Shown one piece after another: positions 1 to 10,942 of a stretch of 64,000 nucleotides of DNA. Numbering within the stretch: position 1 is the first letter of the stretch; each line of letters opens with the position of its first letter. A model generated the notes under the pieces. The model saw only the letters and a program-made list of their open reading frames with translations. It ran no database searches and had not been told where the DNA came from. Made by a program: the position numbers and the translations under genes. The DNA comes from a virus (lineage: Duplodnaviria; Caudoviricetes), in the IMG/VR virus record IMGVR_UViG_2700988794_000001, positions 45,559 through 109,558 of that record; one strand, written 5' to 3'.

Positions 1-387
1 AACTGCTACCACTCCGGCAAGCTCTCAAAGTGGATGCGCGCCGCCGAACGCAGCCGCCTCGAATTCCTGAAGGCCCGTGGCAAGACCCACGAGGAAGCCT
101 TGTTCATCATCGCCGAAGAGCAGGCGAAGGAAGCGATGTCCAGGGAGAACCGTGAGACCCTGAACGCCGTCCGGCAGACAGAGCAGCGCATCGCCCAACG
201 CCAGAAGATGCTGCGTGAGCAGGAAGATAGGGGCGCTCGCGGCGTTCCGGTACACCCCAAGAGCGAGGAAGCGAAAAAAGCCTCTGGCGTGCAACCTGTT
301 GCACCTATCCAGGAGCCGTCTTCTGATGTAGACCTGGACGAACTGGAAAAGATGCTTGCCGATATTCCGGAGTGGAACGAAGAATGA
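1..387 (+). CDS. hypothetical protein, 5'-truncated by the window edge (possible replication initiator C-terminus)
   Basis: Frame is open from base 1; stop overlaps the next ATG (ATGA); lies upstream of DnaC-like and DnaB genes. Confidence 0.6.
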   Translation, partial: NCYHSGKLSKWMRAAERSRLEFLKARGKTHEEALFIIAEEQAKEAMSRENRETLNAVRQTEQRIAQRQKMLREQEDRGARGVPVHPKSEEAKKASGVQPVAPIQEPSSDVDLDELEKMLADIPEWNEE

Positions 388-944
388 GCCTCAGCGCCGA
401 TCACAAATGGTCATTGAACCGCGCCGGTATTGGAGCGGCCTACCATGACAAAAGCATGATGACGGACTTCGGCCCGGAAGGCATCATGCTCGCACAGTGG
501 GTGCAGGACAGCCGGAACAAGGTCAAGAGCGGGCATTCCGTCCTGATGACCGGGCTCCGCTCCAGGGAGCTTATGATGATGGTGGCGCGTGGCTTCCATC
601 TCAATGGCATGGGCGTCTATGTCACGCCGCTTGTCCGCGTCGGTCAGGTGCTGTTCGACGCCGCCACCAAAGAGCAGGTGCGTGAGAACGAAATCCTCGT
701 CATCACCGGGTTCCAGCAAGAGGGCGAGTGCCCGCTGAAGTCCAGCCTCCTCTACGAGACCGAGCATCTGATCAACGACCGTTCCGACCGTGGCAAGACC
801 ACCTTCGTGACGATCCCGATTGGCGATGAGCGCCAGCCCTTCGATCCGGAGAGCTTCGAAGGCTGGTGGTGGAGCATGGAGCTTGTCGATACCATCCTCG
901 ACCGCTACGAAATTCTTGATATGAGCAGCAGGGTTCGCACATGA
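384..944 (+). CDS. DnaC/IstB-like helicase loader, degenerate ATPase motifs
   Basis: AGIGAAYH start, LINDRSDRGKTTFVT and ILDRY resemble DnaC; directly upstream of DnaB; no intact Walker A/B. Confidence 0.55.
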   Translation: MSLSADHKWSLNRAGIGAAYHDKSMMTDFGPEGIMLAQWVQDSRNKVKSGHSVLMTGLRSRELMMMVARGFHLNGMGVYVTPLVRVGQVLFDAATKEQVRENEILVITGFQQEGECPLKSSLLYETEHLINDRSDRGKTTFVTIPIGDERQPFDPESFEGWWWSMELVDTILDRYEILDMSSRVRT

Positions 945-2239
945 GCATTGGTCTACAGCTTGTCCGAGCGGCAATTGAAGGCGGCTCTCGGGAAGCCTTG
1001 CGGCAGGTTCCGATCACCCTGTTTACCCCAGACGAGTTGCCTCGCGTGCAGTTCGTCGTCAACCATATCAGCAACCACGGTGCCCTGCCCTCCATCCAGA
1101 TTTGCACCGAGAACGGCATCACGTTCCCCGGCACAAATGGAGGTAACTTCTCCTATTTCATGACGCGCCTTCGTCAGCGCGCCATCACCAACTCGGCGAC
1201 CGCTGGCGCTCAGGGGCTGCTCGCAGCTATCCGCGCCCGCAACGACCAGGACATCGTCAGCATCGTAGAGAACATGCATGGTCAGATGACCTCTGTTTCT
1301 CAGAACGAAAGCACGATGCCTATCACGAACGCCATCCAGGCGGCGTGGCAGGAATACCATGAAGCCCGTGCAAACCCAGGCATGCGCGGCATCACGACCG
1401 GCTTCAGCGTCCTTGACCGCGTGACCGCTGGTCTCCGCCCCGGCGACGTTACGACCATCGTGGCACGCCCCGGCGTCGGCAAGTCCTGGACGATCCTGAA
1501 CATGGCTCTTCGGGCTTGGCTGGCAGGAAACTCTGTCTGCTTCGTTTCGATGGAAATGACCGCCATCGAAACAGCACGCCGCCTGATCGGTATGGCGACT
1601 GGCGTCAACCCCGACTTCATCTCGCGTGGCACCGTCTCGCATTGGGCGGAAGACAACGTCGAGCAGTGGATCGCCACCGTGCCGGGCCGTCCGCCGTTCA
1701 TCCTCATGGTTGGCGACCTGTCGAAGTCCGTCCAGGACGTTGACTACATGATCATGGAGTACGAGCCCGACATCTGCTATGTCGATGCCTCGTACCTCCT
1801 GAAGCCGACCGAAGGCAACATGTTCCGTGGCAAGCGCTGGGAGAGTGCCCAGCAAGTCGCCGAAGGCATCAAGGGTGTCGCCCTCAAGCGCCACCGCCAT
1901 ATCGTCCAGACCGTGCAGTTCAACCGCTCTCAGACGGTTGACGAAGAGATGAGCCTCGACAACATCGGCGGCACCGACGCTTACGCGCAAATCTCCTCCC
2001 TCGCCATGGGTATCCGCATCGGCGCGGCTCCCAACGAACGTAGGCAACGCCGCTACGGCTTGCTGAAGAACCGCCACGGTATCGATTGGCTGACCTTCGA
2101 GACCAACTTCATCTTCGACCCGTTCAACATGGACGTTCTCGGCAGCAACCTCCCCGCTGACCTGGACACTGACGTGTTGCCTGAAGACGCTCCGGACCCG
2201 ATCCCCGGCGAAAACTTCGGACACATGGAGAACCTGTAA
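941..2239 (+). CDS. dnaB: replicative DnaB-like (SF4) helicase
   Basis: ITTGF..LD, Walker A ARPGVGKS, SMEM, YVDASYL, VQFNR, KNRHG. Confidence 0.95.
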   Translation: MSIGLQLVRAAIEGGSREALRQVPITLFTPDELPRVQFVVNHISNHGALPSIQICTENGITFPGTNGGNFSYFMTRLRQRAITNSATAGAQGLLAAIRARNDQDIVSIVENMHGQMTSVSQNESTMPITNAIQAAWQEYHEARANPGMRGITTGFSVLDRVTAGLRPGDVTTIVARPGVGKSWTILNMALRAWLAGNSVCFVSMEMTAIETARRLIGMATGVNPDFISRGTVSHWAEDNVEQWIATVPGRPPFILMVGDLSKSVQDVDYMIMEYEPDICYVDASYLLKPTEGNMFRGKRWESAQQVAEGIKGVALKRHRHIVQTVQFNRSQTVDEEMSLDNIGGTDAYAQISSLAMGIRIGAAPNERRQRRYGLLKNRHGIDWLTFETNFIFDPFNMDVLGSNLPADLDTDVLPEDAPDPIPGENFGHMENL

Positions 2240-5066
2240 TGCCAGCTATGCGACCACGCCATGTGCAGCTTGAAGAAAAACGACCGGTGCAACAAGTTGC
2301 AGGCGCTACCCACATGCGTCGGGCGGAGGAAGGCGGTCGCCACACCTTCAGCTTCGGACCCTACGACCACCCGGTAACCGATGAGAAGTGCGGCGACATC
2401 CTGGTTGTATGCGATGCGCAGAATTGGGATGCTCAGCGTTGGGGCTACCCGATGCATCCCGATAGCATGAGGATGTTCGCCAAAGCCGCAGAGAAGGCTG
2501 GAGTTCCTGACGGCAAGATCACCTTCCTCGGCCTCTGCCCGCCCGTGCCGACCCAGGACATCAAGTCCGCCGCCCGCACCTGGAAGCACGTCGAGAAGTT
2601 CGTGCCCGGCGTCATCGAGTACATCAATCAGCAGAAGCCGAAGGTCGTCGTCACCCTTGGCGCGCTCGCCAGCCGTGCCGTCTTCGACCGTTCCGTGTCG
2701 ATCACCAAGGCCCGTGGCGTCCTCGTGCAGCCGCACCCCCACCGCCCTCACGTCTTCCCGATGCTGTCGCCCGGCTTCATTGCCCGCGTCCCGGAACACC
2801 AGAAGACTTTCGAAGGCGACATTGGCACGCTCTCGAAGTTCGTACATGCCGGGTTCGATCCGAATGGCATCATGACGATGGAGACCGACTACCAGTGGTG
2901 CTACGATCTCCAGTTCATGATCGACAACCCGCCACAGGCCCTTGCCGTTGACACAGAAGGCACAGGGCTGCGTTGGCACCAGGACAGCACTCGGAACCTC
3001 ACCGTACAGCTATCCCCTCGCCCAGGCGTCTCCTATATCATCCCCGTGGACGAAGCCTATGTGATGAAGTGGGCGAAGTTCTTCCCACCTCGGCTTGCCG
3101 GTCGCTTGGCCGGTTGCGCGAGCAGTTGAAGCAAATTCTGGAAAACCCCGACATCCAGAAGATGGGCCACAACATCAAGTTCGACCATATGATGATCCGC
3201 AAGATGGGCATCAATATGCAGAACGTCAAACACGATACGCAAATGATGGCGTTCGGTGTTGACGAGAACATGATGTCCAAGACCCTGGACGATTGCGTCC
3301 GCGTCTGGGTTCCGCAGATGTCCGGCTATGCCGACGACTTCAACACGCACGTTGACAAGAACAGGATGTTCGACGTGCCACCCGAAGACATCCTGGACGA
3401 AAACGGCAAGGTCATCCAGTACGGCATGCGCCGATACGCAGGCGGCGATACCGATGCCACCTTCCGGCTTGCCCGCGCCCTCTATCCGTTGCTTCGGCGC
3501 GAGCCCAGCCAGTGGAACATCTACGAGCGCATCCATATGCCCGCCCTGATGGCCTTCGCTAATCGCCTGGAGCGGTATGGCATGGTTATCGACCAGGAAG
3601 CGCTACGCAAGCTCTCTGGCGACGTGAAGGCATGGCTGAAGGACGAGTTCCGGGCGCTGATCCGTATGGTGCCTCCTGCCGTCCGCCGCAAGCATCTCGA
3701 AGCCGGTCTCAAGTTCTCCCGTGACCAGTTCGTCCGTGATATCCTCTTCAGCGAAGACGGCTTCAACCTCAAGCCCCAGGTCTTCACCAAGTCCACCGAA
3801 GACCTTTCGGATGAGACCAAGCGCGTGCCGTCCGTCTCGACCAAGGATCACATGCCCTACTTCGTGACCCGCAAGGACACGGCAGGGCAGTTCGTCACCC
3901 GTCTGATCGAGTACCAAAAGACCTCGAAGATGGATAGCACGTATTGTGGCAACGAAGAGGAAAGGACCGGGTTCTGGCAATACCTGAATAGCAGCAGCCG
4001 CATCTTCCCATCCTTCGCGCTGCACAAGACCAACACAGGCCGCACCGCATCTAGCGATCCGAACGGCCAGAACTATCCGAAGCGTGGTCAGTGGGCCAAA
4101 CCGTTCCTGAAGGTCTTCAAGCCCAACCCAGGCTACCGCTTCGTCGCCGCCGACTTGTCGCAGATCGAACTGCGCATCGCTGCCTGGGAAAGCGGCGATG
4201 AAACAATGCTTGACATTTATCGCAATGACGGCGATATTCACATGATGACAGCGGCAGCAACTATGCGCCTCTCTGTCGAAGAATTCCTACAACAAGAACC
4301 TGCCATCCGTAAGTTTAAACGCTTCGCCGCTAAAGCTGTGAATTTCGGCTTCGTTTACGGAATGGGTGCAAAAGGCTTCCGGACCTACGCTAAGACGCAG
4401 TACGGCGTGGATTACTCCGAGCGTGAAGCCTACGAGACCCGCGAACTGTTCTTTGCCACCTACCGGCAACTCATCGCATGGCACGAACGTCGCAAGACCG
4501 AAGCACGTCGCCAGGGCTTTGTGTCCTCGCTGCACGGCGCTATCCGTCACCTGCCGTCGATCTACTCCAGCGACCAGGGCGTGGCGGCTATGGCAGAACG
4601 GCAGGCCGTCAACGCGCCTGTCCAGCGCTTCGGCTCCGACCTCGGCGTCATGGCCCTAACCCGTCTCTCATGGCAGGCAGACCCGGAAATCATGCGCCCG
4701 GTCGGCTTCGTCCATGACCAAGTCATCTGTGAGGCCAAGATCGGCCACGAACTGGAAGCGGCCAACGCCCTGGTATGGGCTATGGAAAACCCGCTGCTCG
4801 AAGAGTGGTTTGGCATCACCGCGCCGCTGCCGATCAAGGCCGAGCCGGATATCGGCGACACCCTCGGCACCACCCTCGAACTGAACGAAATGCCGAAGAA
4901 CGAAGACGGCTCTCTGAAGGTTCCCGACTGGTGGAGCGAGACTGGCATCGAGTGCGTCAACGTCAACGGCACATGGAAGGCCCCGTTCGCCCCGGCCAAG
5001 CCCACATGGTGGAACGACAATGAGGCAGAAGCGCAGGAGCAGTTCACCCGCTTCCTCCACGTTTAA
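2239..5066 (+). CDS. family A DNA polymerase with N-terminal UDG-like domain and 3'-5' exonuclease (frameshift ~3110)
   Basis: UDG-like KPKVVVTLGALA..ITKARG; ExoI AVDTEGTGL; GHNIKFD; TGRTASSDPNGQN; ADLSQIELR; AKAVNFGFVYG; VHDQ. Joins ORFs 2239-3129 and 2973-5066. Confidence 0.93.
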
Positions 5067-5067
5067 A

Positions 5068-5122
5068 TGCAACTTGTTGCACCATTTTAGGTGTTGACAA
5101 AGGATCGGTTCCAAGTTAGATT
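5068..5122 (+). promoter_or_regulatory. palindrome + sigma70-type phage promoter
   Basis: TTGACA 5094-AAGGATCGGTTCCAAGT-TAGATT. Confidence 0.85.
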
Positions 5123-5176
5123 GCTTACAGGATCAAAGGAACCGATCCTTCTGGAACCGCAACCGAGGAGTTTTTC

Positions 5177-5590
5177 ATGCCCCGTACAGCCCGCGCCGTC
5201 AACCTCAGCACCGAACTGACGGCTGACGAAAAAGAACAACAGATGAAGGCCAAGCTGGCGAAAATCCGCCAGTACGCCAAGGCCGAGAGCAAGGCCCGCT
5301 CCGACAAGGACAAGCTCTTGCGTCAGCTTGAAAAAGAGATGACGGCGGCTGGAAAGCGCAAGCTCGAAGTCTTTTACGACAACGAGACCATCATCGGCGA
5401 GATCGGCACTGGCGACCCGCGCAACGTCGTGGACACTGCCCTGCTCGCTTCCAAGATCACACATGCTCAGTTCGTGTCCATCGCCACCGTCGCTGGCGGC
5501 GCGGTCAAGGAAGCCTTCGGCACCGGCATCCTCAATCAGGTGCTTGTCGAAAAGGAAGGCGAGCGCAAGCTTCGCGTCGAGGTCGCGTAA
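5177..5590 (+). CDS. hypothetical protein
   Basis: GAGGAG RBS, downstream of a consensus promoter, phage-like codon usage. Confidence 0.75.
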   Translation: MPRTARAVNLSTELTADEKEQQMKAKLAKIRQYAKAESKARSDKDKLLRQLEKEMTAAGKRKLEVFYDNETIIGEIGTGDPRNVVDTALLASKITHAQFVSIATVAGGAVKEAFGTGILNQVLVEKEGERKLRVEVA

Positions 5591-5596
5591 TCCATC

Positions 5597-6100
5597 ATGT
5601 CGAAGGTTGTCACTCATTCGCGGTTTCAGCTTAGTGATATCAACGCTGAAACCCTGAAGGGTATGGGGGTGGAAGTCCTAGCGGATTTCCCCTCCGACGC
5701 CGACCTGGGGCTTACCACCCCGGCCTACGGCGAGGAAGTGCTCGGCACCCTCTCTGTCGAAGAGTTCTCCATCTTTGTCGAGATGAACCATCTTAGCAAG
5801 GAAATCGAGCGCATCACCAAGTCTATCGCTGCCCGCAAAATGCGGGAAGTGGCAGATCGCATGGAAGGCGATGACGACCTTATGTCAGCCGCAGTCATGG
5901 GTGTTGAGAGCGCAGGGAAGAATTTCTTCGACAACGAAGAGGAGGAAGACCACTTCCATACCCTGAACGCCAAGTTCGCCCTTCTCCGGTCTACCCTCTA
6001 TTGGGTTCTTGGGGAACGGTATCACGTCCACTCCTGGCGTTGCGGCATCCGTGCCAACCGCCGGTTCGTCAAAGTCGAGAAGCGCCTACCGAATGGATGA
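5597..6100 (+). CDS. hypothetical protein
   Basis: 167-aa ORF packed between neighbours. Confidence 0.75.
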   Translation: MSKVVTHSRFQLSDINAETLKGMGVEVLADFPSDADLGLTTPAYGEEVLGTLSVEEFSIFVEMNHLSKEIERITKSIAARKMREVADRMEGDDDLMSAAVMGVESAGKNFFDNEEEEDHFHTLNAKFALLRSTLYWVLGERYHVHSWRCGIRANRRFVKVEKRLPNG

Positions 6101-7163
6101 AGCTCCGCTCCGCAGTATTCTCGCAAGGCTTGGGATTAGAAATTTTCCCAAGCCTAACCATGCTGGATGGGGCCACGTGGCTTGCCCGTTCGCCCGCTAC
6201 ATGCCGCAGCACAAGTCCGGCGTTGACCGCTCACAGGGCTTCGCTATCAAGGTTGAGAAGGACGGGCCGTCTGCCTTCAACTGCCCTGTCTGCAAGATGC
6301 ATGGCCGCATCTCCAACCTCGCCATGAACCTTGGCCGGTTCCATGACCGGGACTACACCGAGGTGGCCTACGACGCCGACATGGCCGACCTGGACGCCCT
6401 CAACTACCTGCCCGCATTCGAAGCCGTCGAAGTGGACTTGCCGCCGACGCCCTTGGATGATGCGATCTTTGATGGCATGTTCGAAGAGCCCTGGAAGGTG
6501 CACAACCGCTACCCGCAGGCCGTACGCTTCCTCCAGGCCCGTGGCGTCTCCCAGGCGACCGCCGAGAAGCTCGGCCTCGGCTACGATCCAGAGAAGAAAC
6601 GCATCACCTTCCCGGTGCGCGGCTTCAAGGGGGAGCTTTACGGCTTCTCCGGTCGAACGATCATGCCCGACCACAAACCGAAGGTGCTGGACTATGAGAA
6701 CCTCCCCAAGCGTTGGCTCATTCTTGGCGTCGAGTTCTGGGTTCCCGGTCGCCCCATTGTCATGGTCGAAGGCCTGTTCGCCTACGCTCACTTCCATGAG
6801 ATCGGCGCGGCTGAAAACTACAACGTCGGCGCTCTGCTTGGATCGTATCTCACGCCCGAAAAGGCTGACATCCTTAAGTCCTATGACGAACCCGTGTACT
6901 GGTTCACCGATCCGGACCCGGCTGGCGATGATTGCCTCTTTGGCCGCGTTCTTCCGGGCCAGGATCAACTGCCAGAGGAAGACGACGAGCCGGGCGAGCG
7001 CGAGCTTCTCCGAGACCGCTCCACCTCTGCTCTATATGCGCTGAACGGTCACGTGCCGCAGTACGTCCCGAACTACCCCGTGGACGATCCGGACGATCTG
7101 ACGGTGCAACAGTTTCACTGGATGATGGACAACGCCGAACTTTGGCTTCCCGACGCCAAGTAG
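6093..7163 (+). CDS. DNA primase (zinc finger + TOPRIM)
   Basis: CPFA..H, CPVC zinc finger, RITFPVR..YGFSGR, MVEGLFA, FTDPDPAG, DPDD. Confidence 0.92.
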   Translation: MDEAPLRSILARLGIRNFPKPNHAGWGHVACPFARYMPQHKSGVDRSQGFAIKVEKDGPSAFNCPVCKMHGRISNLAMNLGRFHDRDYTEVAYDADMADLDALNYLPAFEAVEVDLPPTPLDDAIFDGMFEEPWKVHNRYPQAVRFLQARGVSQATAEKLGLGYDPEKKRITFPVRGFKGELYGFSGRTIMPDHKPKVLDYENLPKRWLILGVEFWVPGRPIVMVEGLFAYAHFHEIGAAENYNVGALLGSYLTPEKADILKSYDEPVYWFTDPDPAGDDCLFGRVLPGQDQLPEEDDEPGERELLRDRSTSALYALNGHVPQYVPNYPVDDPDDLTVQQFHWMMDNAELWLPDAK

Positions 7164-7215
7164 GTAGCTTGACATCATTCGCCCTATATGTAACAAAGGA
7201 TCAGGGAGTAGTTAC

Positions 7216-7446
7216 ATGGAAGACCTTTTCGAAAAACTATACATCCATCGTTACGTGGTGGGTAACATAGGTGAGAAGCGCTTATTCCTCGTGCTGCTCT
7301 CTAACACAAGCTTCATGGTCTCACTGGAAAATGACGGCTGCTACGTTGTCGAAGGCATCGAGAAGCCGGTATTCTCCACAGACCTGATGGGCGCAGGGTT
7401 TGACTTCCTCACGGCCCTGCCGTCACTATTATCGTTGAGGAGCTAA
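7216..7446 (+). CDS. hypothetical protein
   Basis: GGGAG RBS, 76 aa. Confidence 0.6.
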   Translation: MEDLFEKLYIHRYVVGNIGEKRLFLVLLSNTSFMVSLENDGCYVVEGIEKPVFSTDLMGAGFDFLTALPSLLSLRS

Positions 7447-7509
7447 GACAGTGGCTCGGAAGAGACCCTATGGCGGCGTCTGATGTACGCCTTTTGGAGA
7501 AGAGAAAAG

Positions 7510-8558
7510 ATGACTGACACACCTGAAGTCCGCACGCGTTCTCGCACAGCGGCACCATCCACGGAAAGCAATCAGGGCGAAGCAACGGGCGGCATGCGCC
7601 GTACCCGCGTTGCCATGGCTACCGGCTCGGCAGGATCGACCGGCGGCGAAGACACTTCGTGGATGCATACTGGCGACGAAGGCGCGGCCCAGGCCGACAA
7701 GGTTCGTCAGGAGCGTGCATCGCAGGACGCGGAAGCTGCCAAGCGCCCGTCAAGCCCATGCGCTTCAAGCTGGCGTGGAACTTCCAGGATAGCGGCTTCG
7801 GCGAAACTGCCGACGTGGTCATCCTCGACGCGAAGCCCGGCCCGCGCTTCTGGGAGCATACCGCTCGCAACCCGCGTACCGGCTACTGGACGGAATTCGA
7901 GCAGTGCCCCCATGAATGGGACAATTGCCCGCTTTGCCCTCCGGATGGCGAGAAGTCTCCCTACTATGTCATGATGCTTACCGTCATCGACATGCGCGAA
8001 TTCACTGACCGCGAAGGCAAGGTATGGGCAGCGACCCGTAAACTGCTTCCGGTCAAGATCGAGCAGCAGGGCTTCTTCGACGGGCTCTATAAGCAGCATG
8101 GATCGCTTCGCGGCATCCGTCTGATCATGACCCGCGATGGTGGCAAGATGTCGTCGCCGATTGGCAACAACATCCAGTTCGACTGCATCCACACTGAAGA
8201 GGAAATGACCGAATACTGCACGTCCTCCGGCCTCTGGGAAGAGTACAAGCAGGACAACGGTCGCGTCATCTGGGGTGAAGGCGAATTCATCCAGGCCTAC
8301 AATTACGGCAAGATTTTCGAACGCCCTTCCGGTGCCAAGCTGCGCCTGAAGTACAACCCCAGCGGCCAGGGCGACACCATCGGTGGTCGCGACCAGCAGC
8401 AGGGCGAAGGCTGGCGTTCGGGAACCAATCCGGGCCGGGCAACCGGCATGGCACAGCGTAGCTCGCAGCGCCGCGTCAATCTTGACGACACCAAGGGAAC
8501 CGGCGGCTCGGCTGGCGGACCCAACAGTAACGAAATGGATGACAACATTCCGTTTTGA
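7510..8558 (+). CDS. single-stranded DNA-binding protein, gp32-like zinc motif (frameshift ~7750)
   Basis: H..C..CPLC motif, replication-module context, acidic C-terminus MDDNIPF. Confidence 0.7.
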
Positions 8559-8592
8559 TGAGTAACCGGCTTCTCCCGGTGCAACAGGTTGC

Positions 8593-10061
8593 ATGCGCAT
8601 GAATGACATGGTCACAAACGTAGGGAATTCTACGCCGCTAGTGGGCTCACTCGGCGGCTGGCTCTACGTGCCTTACGATGTCATCGGCGACTATGCCGCC
8701 CTGCATCGGGAGAAGACGGCCTTAACCTATCTCCCGAAATTCGCAGAGACAGACAATGACACAGTTCGCCTATATGAAGATGTCCCTCGCCGCAGGGTTC
8801 TCGGCGTTCCGCGCGCTTACGGCCTGGAGCGCTTTGGTCATCTGCTCAACCCGCGAGACCTCCGTACCTTTGGCGAGCGTATGGGTCCGATCCCGCGTCT
8901 TCCAAGTCCAGATCATCCAAGCGTAAAAGACCCGCATGCGCAGGCCAAGTTTATGGCCGACCTCGAAGCCGCCGCCCGCCAGCACTTTCACTTTCTGGCA
9001 GAGGCACCGACCGGCTCCGGCAAGACCGTGTGCGCTATCCGCACCGCTGCCGTGATCGGGCGCAAGACCGTGGTTAACGTCCACCTGGAGCGTCTTCTAG
9101 GCCAGTGGATGGACGAGATACACAACAAGACCGGCCTCCCCTACGACCGCATCGGAATGGTGCAGGGCGACAAGTGGGATTGGCGTGATAAAGATTTCGT
9201 AGTGGCGATGATGCCCACGTTGGCCTCGCAGAATGGTCGCATCGATCCGGCCTTCTTCCAGTCCTTCGGCACGGCTATCTATGACGAAGTGCACAGGGTC
9301 GGCGCTCCCATGCTTGGGCAGACGGCGCACCTCTACCCGGCTCACTATCGTTGGGGCTTCTCCGCCACGCTATACCGCAAGGACGGCGGCGAACGGACCT
9401 TCTACTGGCACATTGGGCCGGTGCGCGTGACCTCCCAGGCCGCTGCCCTGCCGATGACGGTCTACGTCAAGAAGTACACCGCATACGGAAAGCTATGGGG
9501 CAAGAACCACGGAAGCCGGATGCAGTGCCTGTCGCAGGATTGGTCCCGGAACCAATTGCTGGTGGTCTTCATCCGCCGCTTGCATCGCGCCGGGCGTCAG
9601 ACGCTGATCGTCGGCGACAGTGTTCAACATCTACAGCACCTGATGGACCTTTGCGCCCAGGCAGGTGTTTCCCGTGAAGACATGGGACAGTTTACGAGCG
9701 AGCGGCACATACTTCAGGAGTACGTGAACGAAAAAGGGGAAAAGAAGACACGGGTTCGGAAAATCAAGATCAAGCCGGAAGAACTGGATGCCGTTAAAGA
9801 GAACGCGCAACTGATCTTTGCCACGTATGGATGATGACGGAAGGTATCGACATACCCCGTCTCGACGCTGGCATCGACGTGCTACCACGAGGAGACGCAA
9901 CACAACTTATTGGCCGCATTCGTCGGCCACGCCCTGGAAAGCCAGAACCTGTCTGGATCACCCTACTCGATACCAAATGCTTTATGAGCAAGAAGTATTT
10001 TGAGCGCAGGTGCAAGGACTATCAGGCTACCGGTGCGATAATCAGAGAAGGTGCAATATAA
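8593..10061 (+). CDS. superfamily 2 (DExH) helicase (frameshift ~9830)
   Basis: APTGSGKT, YDEVH, SAT, EGIDIPRLD, QLIGRIRR. Confidence 0.9.
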
Positions 10062-10537
10062 TGACCGCCGCCGCAGCAACTGACAAGACTTATAAGGATC
10101 GCAATGCGCGCCGCCGTGCTCGCTATGCGGAAGACCCTGCCTATCGCCAGAGCATCATCGAACGTGAGCGCTCGAAGCGCACCACGGTCGTGACTGACTG
10201 CCGGGAGAATTTGGCCCACCTCGAAACGTTTGGCCACGTCCGCGAATACCACAAGCCGAATGGCGTGGTTGACACGGGCCTGACCTTCACCATCGAAGAA
10301 GCCGCCTCCGCCATGGGCCGGACACCGAAGAGCCTCTACAAATATTATAGCAAGGACATGTTCCCTCGCCCGGTCTATACCGTGAAGGGTCCGACTGGCC
10401 TTGTGCAGGAGGCTTACACCGAAACGCAGATGCGCGCCCTGATCAACGTCTTCGGCGCTCACCTCGCAGAAACGCCATACTACGGCGTCTACCACAAGCA
10501 GACCAGAGCAGCCCTCTTCGGCTGTATCGGTCAGTAA
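10061..10537 (+). CDS. HTH (MerR-like) DNA-binding protein
   Basis: FTIEEAASAMGRTPKSLYKY..FPRP..AYTETQ pattern. Confidence 0.6.
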   Translation: MTAAAATDKTYKDRNARRRARYAEDPAYRQSIIERERSKRTTVVTDCRENLAHLETFGHVREYHKPNGVVDTGLTFTIEEAASAMGRTPKSLYKYYSKDMFPRPVYTVKGPTGLVQEAYTETQMRALINVFGAHLAETPYYGVYHKQTRAALFGCIGQ

Positions 10538-10548
10538 CAGGAGCAGTC

Positions 10549-10941
10549 ATGTCCACGGGAGATTTGACGGTGCGCACTCGTAACAGGGTGCCACCGCCGG
10601 AACCACAAGCCGCCCCTCGGAGGGCTGTCAACCTCCACGTCGAACCGGAATTGGTCATCCACGAAGGTTCGGTCCAGGTCAGTCGCGTCATGTACGGCGT
10701 CGAGACCGAGAGCGTCAACGAGAAGGTCGCCGTGCCGATCTTTCACACCGCTCCGGCTCGCGTCCGCATCAGCGGCGGCATCACCAAGAACCTCGGCGAC
10801 TATAATAGCGCCCGGTTTGATGTCTCGATGGAGCTTCCCTGCTATCCGGAAGACAGCGAGATCGACAGAACGAAGAGCTACATATCGGCCAAGGTCGAGC
10901 AGTATCTTCTGGAAGAAATGGAACAAGCCGGAGTGCCATAA
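10549..10941 (+). CDS. hypothetical protein
   Basis: GGAG RBS; TKNLGDYNSARFDV segment typical of phage proteins. Confidence 0.75.
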   Translation: MSTGDLTVRTRNRVPPPEPQAAPRRAVNLHVEPELVIHEGSVQVSRVMYGVETESVNEKVAVPIFHTAPARVRISGGITKNLGDYNSARFDVSMELPCYPEDSEIDRTKSYISAKVEQYLLEEMEQAGVP

Positions 10942-10942
10942 G

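Noticed and set aside
7169-7215. TTGACA..TAACAAAGGATC as a cassette promoter
   Set aside because: Elements are out of register and there is no -10 at 17 bp
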